Source of the DNA: an uncultured Actinomycetota bacterium
Lineage (GTDB): Bacteria > Actinomycetota > Actinomycetes > Propionibacteriales > Nocardioidaceae
Direction of reading: 5' to 3'
Assembly (NCBI GenBank): GCA_963763065.1
Contig: CAVXMY010000005.1
Location: 42,031-106,030, forward strand
DNA: 64,000 nt
The position numbers were made by a program, and so were the translations under genes. Under the pieces are notes generated by a model that did no database searches, was not told where the DNA came from, and saw only the letters and a program-made list of their open reading frames with translations. Positions 21,848-31,982 of this stretch are shown piece after piece (positions within the stretch are counted from its first letter, which is position 1; every line of letters begins with the position of its first letter).

Positions 21848-22221
21848 GTGACGACCTGGGTTGTAGTGAGCACCGATGCTGGCCCCAGGCCCGCTGGCTG
21901 ATCGAGAGAGCCGTGGAGCAGCTGCAGGACAGCAGAGCGTGGACATCAGCGGCCGTTGGAGCACCTCGAGGCCGCGCGACACGCCCAAGAGGCATACACG
22001 ACGCGATTGATCTGCTGGTGGACGCAGCCCGCGACGAGGGAGGCTACTGGAGCCAGATCGGGCACCGCGCTGCAGATCAGCTGGCAAGCCGCGAGACAGG
22101 CGAAACCAGCGACGAGAAGCGCACGAGCAGCAGCGCCAAGAGGACTTCCAATGGCGGATGGCACCAGGCCAGCGAGAGCGGCGACTGCGATGGTTCAAGA
22201 GACGACTCAAAGAGCGGGTGA
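21848..22221 (+). CDS. Small HTH DNA-binding protein divergent from rep (frameshifted)
   Basis: Reconstructed DLLVDAARDEGA(T)WSQIGTALQIS(R/W)QAARQ, a typical actinobacterial HTH; GGAGG before the GTG. Confidence 0.65.
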
Positions 22222-23093
22222 GAGAGAAAGCACGGACGGAGGCCTAACGACGCACGGAGGACGGGGATGAAGCTTCCGTGCTCTAGGCCTCTCTGTGAAA
22301 GCGATGTTGAGAACCGTGCTCAACTGGTGCTCCGTCAGACGTGGATGGCGTCGCGTTTTGCTATAAGAGGGTAATGGTTCTTAGAGCGCACGGTTAATTA
22401 GGTACGGTGTATTGACATGAGTGGCTGGGAGAGAGAAGAGGTGGCGTGGGTTGAACGATGTATGAGAGAGGTACGATAACTATGAGACAGAAGATACGCA
22501 CAAGGGTGAGTGCAACCACTGAAAGAGCGTGTGCTCGCAAAGCTTGTGGCGGAGAGGAGCAAGTGGGTGGGTTGGGATAGACATGGCTTTGGCTATTCAG
22601 GGTGGAGCAAGCAGGTGGCAGCGGTGTTGAGTGTGGACTGGTGGTGATGAGTGAACGCGTGAGGTTTCGCGCAACATCGATGGGCTGGAGCGTAACACGA
22701 GTGAAGGATACGAAGTCACGTGGCTCTCGTGCACGCTCGCCAGGGCAGTATGACTTTGATTTCGCAACGCGAAGGCGTTGGGCCAGCACGTGAATCACCA
22801 GTGCACAGCTTTGGCTTGTTGTTCGCTTCGGCGAAGCGCTTGAGTGAACTGTTGGCGTCTGGGCGCGACGGCACTACGAGTGCATCAGCAATGCGAGGTG
22901 ACAGAGAAGATCAACGCGATGCGGCTGCCTCTCCAAGAGCATAGCGACGTAACCTAGGTGACACGGGGTGGGGGCAGAGCTTGCTCGCACGGCGCTTTGT
23001 GCGCGGCGGGGCCTGCGACGAGAACGGCACGCGACCTCAGCGCGATTGGGATGACTCGGGTTGATGAGGTCAGGGAACTTTGCGCTGGCGTTT

Positions 23094-23365
23094 GCGGTAG
23101 GTGCTATGCTCGCAGTTGGCAGGGATACACCTGACGGGGCGCTTTTTCGCTGTTTTGGGCTTGCTGCGGATGCGCTCAAGCGCTAGTGCGCGGATGCTTA
23201 TGCATACGGCTTTTGAAGCAACGCTTGCGGTGAGGTGCTATGCCTCGCAGTCTGGCAGCGATACACCTGACGGGGCGCTTTTTCGCTGTTTTGGGCTTGC
23301 TGCGGATGCGCTCAAGCGCTAGTGCGCGGATGCTTGTAGCTGTGCATACGGCTTTTGAAGAGACG
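23094..23365. repeat. Internal tandem direct repeat, period ~134 bp (copy 2)
   Basis: Same repeat as 19908-20198; units start at 23100 and 23234. Confidence 0.9.
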
Positions 23366-23849
23366 CAACACACGGGCACCTGCTCACGGTCAGCTTTTAG
23401 CGAGCGTGTTCTGTTGCAGCTGAGTTTGATGACGCGCGGGCAGATCTCGCTTATCAGCGTTCAGGTTACACTCGGTTAAGCACACTGACACGGTTCGCGA
23501 GATGAGCGCTGAACGGGGCGCTCGCTGCGCTTGCGCGCTTTGTCTCGCGCTTCTTCTTTTCGATCTGTCACGGACTTGCCTCGAAACGCTGAACGCTTTG
23601 AACTCGCGCAGTTGGGACACTTTTACGATGTCAGCGCTAGAAGTGCGGGCTCGATTTGGACTTTGAGAGAGGTGCGAGCTCGACGCAGAACGCAGCGATG
23701 TGCGCTTGCTTGGTAGATCTCAGTTACTAGATGGTTACGGCTTTTTAGATTAATTTAGAGAGCGCACTCACTGCAGCACGGGCGTATTATGCGCTCGAAG
23801 GTGAACTTATCTCTGTTTGCTTATGATAACGCTTTTTAAAGATGCGCGC

Positions 23850-24312
23850 GTTAGGTAGATGACTACTCATGAGAGGCTCACTTAGAGACACTTTGGCAAC
23901 TGAGAGCGGTGAAGACTTGAGCATTGACGCGGATCGGTACAGAGTTCACGCGCGCGCTTTTGAGGGACGGTTTTAGGCGCTTCTTATAACATAGCGCAGC
24001 GGCGCGAGTTGAGCGATTATAGCGCTTGATCAGCGCGCAGCGCCACGTTGATTGTGTAGATGCAGCGCAACGGCTCGATTGGGTCACTCATACGCGACTC
24101 ACACCGCTGTTGTCTCCGGTGTGCGGTTTGCTCTGCGTTGGTAGTGGTGTACATCTCGCGCAGCGTGCTTGGACAGGTACTTGAGCTACTCGCTGCGTGC
24201 AGTATCGGTGTGATCTGCTGCTTCGCTCGGTTAGGCTCGTACTCTTCGGTGACGTTCTGCTACTTGCTCACCACTCACCACCTCAGCGCTGCTGCACCTG
24301 AATCGGTGTGCA
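23850..24312 (-). pseudogene. 3' half of rep in copy 2, without its start, degenerate
   Basis: cagcgtgcttggacaggtacttgagc (KYLSKHA) at about 24160-24187 matches 21040-21065. Confidence 0.75.
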
Positions 24313-24323
24313 TTATCGGCGAA
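24296..24323 (-). other. attR of the element
   Basis: TTCGCCGATAA-TGCACA followed by a non-XerD arm; normal C-rich chromosome resumes directly to the right. Confidence 0.88.
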
Positions 24324-24384
24324 CTTACGCCACCGCTCTCGCCCCGCTCCTGCTCACCCGCACCGCCCCCAGGGGCTGCTCCCG

Positions 24385-24753
24385 CTAGTCCCAGCACAGG
24401 CAGAACGGGTGTCCCACAGGGTCGAGGTAGACGCGCCAGTTCTCCTCGTCGCCCGGCTGGAGGGCCGTCCTCGTCGCGCCGAGAGCCAGGACGTCGTGCT
24501 CGGCCTGCTCGACATCGTCGACCGTCACGTCGATGTGGAACTGCTGCCCTCGCGCGCCACTGGGCCAGTCCGGCGGTTCGTAGTCGTCGGCGCGCTGGAA
24601 GCTCAGCAGCACCTGAGCGCCGTCGCGGAGGTTGACCCAGTCGTCCTCCGCGTCGGTGATCTCGCCCCCAACGAGCCGGCGGTAGAAGTCGGCGAGCACC
24701 CTGGGGTCCGGACAGTCCAGCACCACGGCGCGCATCCGTGCGATTCGTGCCAT
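24385..24753 (-). CDS. VOC/glyoxalase family protein
   Basis: VVLDCPDPRVLADFY...QQFHIDV...WRVYLDPVGHPFCL. Confidence 0.92.
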   Translation of the reverse strand: MARIARMRAVVLDCPDPRVLADFYRRLVGGEITDAEDDWVNLRDGAQVLLSFQRADDYEPPDWPSGARGQQFHIDVTVDDVEQAEHDVLALGATRTALQPGDEENWRVYLDPVGHPFCLCWD

Positions 24754-24800
24754 GGCGCACACCCTAGGCGCGGTCCGGTCCAGCCCGCGACGACCGGCCT

Positions 24801-25220
24801 TCACTGGTAGGGATCGGTGATCTCGCGCAGCTTCAGGAGGGCCTCACGCAACGCGCCTGCCAGCTCCGGGCCGAGGTGCGCGGTCCAGGTCTGCTCGACG
24901 GCCATGACGACGTCGCGGGCGCGCTCGGCCGCCTCCAGACCCGCCGGGGTGAACCGGATCAGTCGCGCCCGCCCGTCGGCCGGGTCAGGCACCCGCTGCA
25001 CGAGCCCCTCGTGCTCCAGCGCCGCCACCAGCAGGCTGGCCGTCTGCTTGGTCACCTGCGCCTGCTCGGCGAGCTCGGTCAGTCGGATCCCCCCGGGTGA
25101 TATCCGCTGCGCGATCCTCCCCTGTGCAGCGGTCACGTCGAAGCCGGCGTCACGCATCGCACCGATGACCTGGTCGTCCATCGCGCGGTAGGCGATGAAC
25201 ATCAGCGTTGCGAGGTCCAT
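24801..25220 (-). CDS. MarR family regulator
   Basis: RLTELAEQAQVTKQTAS...RVPDPADGRARLIRFT. Confidence 0.92.
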   Translation of the reverse strand: MDLATLMFIAYRAMDDQVIGAMRDAGFDVTAAQGRIAQRISPGGIRLTELAEQAQVTKQTASLLVAALEHEGLVQRVPDPADGRARLIRFTPAGLEAAERARDVVMAVEQTWTAHLGPELAGALREALLKLREITDPYQ

Positions 25221-25237
25221 ACCACCCCTTGACGATA

Positions 25238-25274
25238 GTCAGTGTGACTGACGATTATAGTCAGTCTTACTGAC
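25238..25274. promoter_or_regulatory. Two palindromic operators, probably MarR sites
   Basis: GTCAGT-GTG-ACTGAC and GTCAGT-CTT-ACTGAC in the divergent marR/methyltransferase gap. Confidence 0.7.
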
Positions 25275-25331
25275 TGATTGTAGGGCGCGCGCTGATGATT
25301 GCAGGTGTGAGATGAGCATTGCGGGTGTCAG

Positions 25332-26423
25332 ATGAGCAGAGTCCCGCCGGTCCCGGTCGTGCGGGCCGCCACGGCCGTCAGGACTGCCCTGCAGGGCCTC
25401 ACCCGCCGCATGGTCCCCCCGCAGGTCGGCATGCTCGAGCTCGCCTCGGGCTTCATGTCGACCCACGCCGTGTACGCCGCCGCGCGGCTCGGCATCGCCG
25501 ACCTCCTCGCGGACGGTCCCCTCTCCGCCGACGACATCGCCGCGGAGACGGGGTCGGACCCCGACGCCACCTACCGGCTGCTGCGGGCGTGCGCCACGTT
25601 CGGCGTCTTCACCGAGGACGGCGACGGACGTTTCTCGCTCACGCCCCTGGCCGACGCGCTGCGCTCGGGGACTCCCGACTCGGTGCTGCCCGTCGTCCTG
25701 ATGCTCGGCGCCCCGCAGTACCAAGGCCCGTGGGGACGACTCGTCGACACCGTCCAGACGGGCAGGCCAGGCGCGGAGCTGGCCTTCGGCAGGCCGATGT
25801 GGGAGCACCTGGACGAGGACCCCGAGTTCGCCACCACCTTCAACGACGCCATGACGTGCCTGTCCGCGATGGACTGGCCGACCGTCGCTACGGCGTACGA
25901 CTTCACGCCGTACTCGACGATCGTCGACATCGGCGGTGGGCACGGCCAGCTCCTCGCGCTCATGCTCGACGCCGTCCCGGGCGCGAAGGGGATCCTCCAG
26001 GAGCGCGAGAAGCTGGTCGGCGCGGCCGAGGCCCACCTGCGCGAGGCGGGCGTCCTCGGACGCTGCCGGATCGAGGCGGGGTCGTTCTTCGAGACCGCGC
26101 CGACAGACGGAGACCTCTACGTCCTGCGCCGGGTCATCCACGACTTCGACGACGAGCGGGCCGTCGAGATCCTGAGCACCCTGCGTCGCAACATGCCTCG
26201 CGGCTCGACCCTCCTCCTGCTGGAGAGCGTCGTGCCGACCGGCAGCTCGCCGCACTTCGCCAAGACCCTCGACCTCGACATGATGATCTTCGTCGGCGGC
26301 CGCGAGCGCACCGAACGTCAGTTCGCCACCCTGCTCGACCGAGCCGGGTTCCGGCTGGCTCGCGTCGTGCCGACGGTCTCCATGATCTCCGTCATCGAGG
26401 CCGTGCCGGGCAGGCAGCCGTGA
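25332..26423 (+). CDS. SAM-dependent O-methyltransferase with dimerisation domain
   Basis: AAARLGIADLL, VDIGGGHG, GSFF, RVIHDFDD, GGRERT. Confidence 0.93.
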   Translation: MSRVPPVPVVRAATAVRTALQGLTRRMVPPQVGMLELASGFMSTHAVYAAARLGIADLLADGPLSADDIAAETGSDPDATYRLLRACATFGVFTEDGDGRFSLTPLADALRSGTPDSVLPVVLMLGAPQYQGPWGRLVDTVQTGRPGAELAFGRPMWEHLDEDPEFATTFNDAMTCLSAMDWPTVATAYDFTPYSTIVDIGGGHGQLLALMLDAVPGAKGILQEREKLVGAAEAHLREAGVLGRCRIEAGSFFETAPTDGDLYVLRRVIHDFDDERAVEILSTLRRNMPRGSTLLLLESVVPTGSSPHFAKTLDLDMMIFVGGRERTERQFATLLDRAGFRLARVVPTVSMISVIEAVPGRQP

Positions 26424-26821
26424 ACGGCGTCGCCCAGCTCAGCGCCGGCATCTCGGCGCTGGTCCTCGTCGCGGTGTTCCCCTTCGAGGCGTTCCTCATC
26501 GACCGTCCGTGGGTGCAGAGGTTCCTGGGCATCGAGCCGCACGGCATCCGCAACGTGCACCTGTGGTCCTTCTGCGTCGGCGCCCGCAACGCACTCGCCG
26601 GGGTGGGCACCCTCATCGGACTCGGCATGGTGCGCTACGGGGACGAGGCGACCGGCACGACCGTGGTGGTCGTCTGCTGCATCTACATGCTGCTGGCCTC
26701 GCTGTTCATGGGCGTCGCGGACCTGCTCGGCTACTGGCTGCCGCGCGGCGGGAGCGTGCGCGGCACGATGGCCTCATCCGTCCTGCCGGCCGTCGCGCTG
26801 GTGGCGCTCGCGGTCCAGTAG
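26420..26821 (+). CDS. DUF1304-like membrane protein
   Basis: Four hydrophobic segments; GTGA overlap with the methyltransferase gene. Confidence 0.7.
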   Translation: MNGVAQLSAGISALVLVAVFPFEAFLIDRPWVQRFLGIEPHGIRNVHLWSFCVGARNALAGVGTLIGLGMVRYGDEATGTTVVVVCCIYMLLASLFMGVADLLGYWLPRGGSVRGTMASSVLPAVALVALAVQ

Positions 26822-26848
26822 CGGGCCGATCGGGCCAGCGAGGCATCT

Positions 26849-27830
26849 CTACGGCAGCGCGGCGACGCCTTCCTGCGCCTTCTCCACCCACCACGCCAGC
26901 TCCGCTGCGCGCCCGCTCACGCACGCCGTCGTCGCGACGCCTCGTCGCGTCCAGCGCGAGGTTCCATCCGAGGTCGACGAGCGACGCCAGCAGCGCGAGC
27001 CCCATCATGCGGTCGTCGTACATCGACCCCTGCGCCTCACGGATGTCGTCCATCAGCTCCTCGAGGCCCGCGGAGGCGTCGGCAGCTCCCATGAGGAAGG
27101 TCGAGTACTCGAATGCCGCTGGTGCCTCCGTCGCCAGGGCCCAGTCCAGGACCACGACCTCGTCGTGCGTGAGCGCGACGTTCACCGGCCACAGGTCGGC
27201 GTGCACCAGCGTCGTGCCGGACGCCAGGAGACCGTCGACCAAGGGACCGGGGTCCTGGTGCAGCCGGGAGACCGCGTCCCAGAGCCCAGGTGGGACAAGA
27301 GCGCCGAACCGGTCCCATCCATCCAGCACCGCGCCCACGATGGGGTGGTCCGTCGCCGTCACGGACTGCACCACGGCCGGCGCGAACAGTCGAAGCCTCG
27401 TCCTCAACGTGCAGACACCGGCGGGCGGACGCCCGCGGAACGTGGTGTGCACGGCGTGCGCGGCCCTGAAGATCCGGCGGCACTCCTCGCGGGCGAGCGC
27501 GGCTCCGTAGGCGAGCACGGAGTCGCCGAGATCCCTCATCACCGTGACGACCTCGTCCCCTTCCCGCCAGCCGCCCACGACGGCGTGCCCGACGCCGTCG
27601 GGCAGCTCGTCGAGGGCGCCCGAGGTCCAGAGACCGAGCTCCCTGCCGTCGACGTCGCCGGAGAGCCTCATCGCCAGGTCCGTGGACGGGTCGCAGCGCT
27701 TCACCACGAGAGAGTCCCCGCCGGGAAGCCACACCCGGGTCAGTGAGGCACCGGAACGGCCGTCGTGCCCGGCGAGCGGTTCGCTGGCCACGACGGTCCC
27801 GAGCAGGGACCGGTCCACGGCGACCACCAC
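26849..27830 (-). CDS. Aminoglycoside phosphotransferase/kinase-like protein (frameshift near 3' end)
   Basis: GRSGA, LVVKR, TLVHADLWPVN, VLDW. Confidence 0.82.
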
Positions 27831-27862
27831 GCCAGTCTGCCACCGGTCGCACCGCGTCCGGG

Positions 27863-28320
27863 TCAGTCGAGGCAGAACTCGTTGCCCTCCGGGTCGGCCA
27901 TGACGATGTGCCCGGCGCTCATCGGCGGCGCCGGCTCGTGGCGCTCCAGCCGTCGGGCTCCCAGCGCGACGAGGCGCTCGCACTCGGCCTCCAGCGCCGC
28001 CATCCGCTCCTCCCCCTGCAGCCCCGGCGCAGCGCGCACGTCGAGGTGCACGCGGTTCTTGGCGACCTTGTCCTCCGGCACCTGCTGGAAGAACACCCGC
28101 GGGCCGACGCCGTCGGGGTCCTCGATCGCCGAACGGCTGTTGCGCTGGTCCTCCGGCACCCCGATCTGCGCCAGGAAGTCGTCCCAGGCCGCCAGCGGGT
28201 CCGCACCCTCCGGCACGTGCACACCCGGCGGGCCGGGGTGGACGTAGCCGAGCACGTCGCGCCAGAACGTCGAGAGCGCGCGCGGGTCGTGGGCGTCGAA
28301 GGTGACCTGCATCGCGCGGC

Positions 28321-28324
<4 letters not shown>
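27863..28324 (-). CDS. VOC family protein
   Basis: QVTFDAHDP...KNRVHLDV...MADPEGNEFCLD. Confidence 0.92.
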
Positions 28325-30711
<2,387 letters not shown>

Positions 30712-30778
30712 CAGTACTCCCTCCGCCACGAACGCCGATCGTGCTACATCGCATCACCCTTGCCCAGCCCCTGTCGAC

Positions 30779-30796
30779 CTGCACACAACCTCCACG
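30779..30796 (+). promoter_or_regulatory. Putative response-regulator site, copy 1
   Basis: CTGCACACAACCTCCACG ending 45 nt before a leaderless ATG with -10 TAGCGT. Confidence 0.6.
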
Positions 30797-30840
30797 TCCC
30801 CTCCCCTCCTCCCGACCGGCCGCGGTCCTAGCGTTGGCCC

Positions 30841-31271
30841 ATGACGACAGATCGCAGGTACTACGCGCTCGGTGTCGCGGTGACCGTCGCGACCGTGCTC
30901 TTCCTGGTGCTCGCCATCGGCGCCCTCGGCATCGTCGGCGACGGCGGTGCCACCGGACCGCCTGTTCCTCGCGGTGCTCGCGGTGCTCGCCGTGGGCACG
31001 GTCGCTCGCCCGGCTGCGGCCCGCAGGCATGGCGGTCGCACTCACCGCGACCGCGCTCACGCAGGTGCTGGTCGCCGCCATCGCCGTGGTCGCGGTCGCT
31101 GCAGGCGTGGACGACTTCGAGGGTGCCTCGATCGTCGACATCGTCGGGATCAACGCGATGTACGCCGCCCTCTTCGGCCTGGCGGCCTGGCTGTTCCGGC
31201 GCTCGGCAGCTCAGCGATCTGCACAGAACCTCCACGGTGGGTCCCCCACCCCTGAGCGCTCGCGCTCATAG
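30841..31271 (+). CDS. Small membrane protein (frameshifts)
   Basis: YYALGVAVTVATVLFLVLAIGALGIVG...ARLRPAGMAVAL...INAMYAALFGLAAWLFRR. Confidence 0.75.
31219..31236 (+). promoter_or_regulatory. Putative response-regulator site, copy 2
   Basis: CTGCACAGAACCTCCACG ending 45 nt before the regulator ATG with -10 TAGCCT. Confidence 0.6.
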
Positions 31272-31280
31272 CCTTCGGAC

Positions 31281-31982
31281 ATGAGCGGTGAGCGGCAGCT
31301 GGTCCTCGTGGTCGAGGACGACCCGGTGATCAACGAGGCCGTCTCCGACCGCCTCGCGGCGGAGGGCTACGACGTCGTCCGCGCCTGGGACGGTCCAGGT
31401 GCGGTCGCCGCGCACGACGAGCACTCCCCCGACCTCGTGGTCCTCGACATCATGCTGCCGGGCTTCGACGGGCTGGAGGTCTGCCGCCGCATCCAGGCCG
31501 AACGACCGGTGCCCGTCATCATGGTCACCGCGCGCGCCGACGAGACCGACGTCCTGGTGGGCCTCGGCGTGGGTGCCGACGACTACCTCACCAAACCCTT
31601 CCGCATGCGCGAGCTCGTCGCACGGGTCGCGGCCCTGCTGCGCCGGGTCGCGCGCGCCGCCGAGCTCACCGGCGCCGGCAACGGCCCGGTGCTCGACCTC
31701 GCGGACCTTCGCGTCGACGTGCCGGCGCGGCGGGTGTGGCGCGGCGAGGACGAGGTGCGGCTCACCCCGACCGAGTTCGACCTGCTGCAGTGCCTCGCGC
31801 ACACGCCGGGCGCCGTGGTGACCCGCGAACGGCTGATGGCCGAGGTCTGGGGCTGGCCCGGCGCCTCGGGCACCCGCACCGTCGACAGCCACGTCAAGGG
31901 CTTGCGCTCGAAGATCGGCGCCGACCGGATCCGCACGGTCCACGGCGTCGGATACGCCCTGGAGACCGGGGACCCGCCGTGA
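31281..31982 (+). CDS. OmpR family response regulator
   Basis: VVEDD, LDIMLPGFDG, GADDYLTKPF, LTPTEFDLL, RTVHGVGY. Confidence 0.96.
   Translation: MSGERQLVLVVEDDPVINEAVSDRLAAEGYDVVRAWDGPGAVAAHDEHSPDLVVLDIMLPGFDGLEVCRRIQAERPVPVIMVTARADETDVLVGLGVGADDYLTKPFRMRELVARVAALLRRVARAAELTGAGNGPVLDLADLRVDVPARRVWRGEDEVRLTPTEFDLLQCLAHTPGAVVTRERLMAEVWGWPGASGTRTVDSHVKGLRSKIGADRIRTVHGVGYALETGDPP

Larger units (their letters stand above)
18010..24323. mobile_element. Tandem dimer of a ~3.1-3.2 kb rolling-circle element integrated at dif (IMEX-like)
   Basis: TGTGC(A/G)TTATCGGCGAACT at 18010, 21195 and 24307; units of 3185 and 3112 bp are collinear; HUH Rep present; no integrase seen. Confidence 0.88.

Noticed and set aside
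19908-23365. Diversity-generating retroelement or CRISPR array
   Set aside because: No reverse transcriptase or cas genes, variation is at C and not A, and there is no repeat-spacer layout.
18990-24087. Most ORF-track entries inside the element as real proteins
   Set aside because: They are fragments or products of the C-depleted sequence; only motif-supported reconstructions were kept.
18010-24323. Region is just low-quality junk or a chimera
   Set aside because: It has exact att boundaries, two collinear units and recoverable Rep and HTH motifs. The base-level quality remains doubtful.
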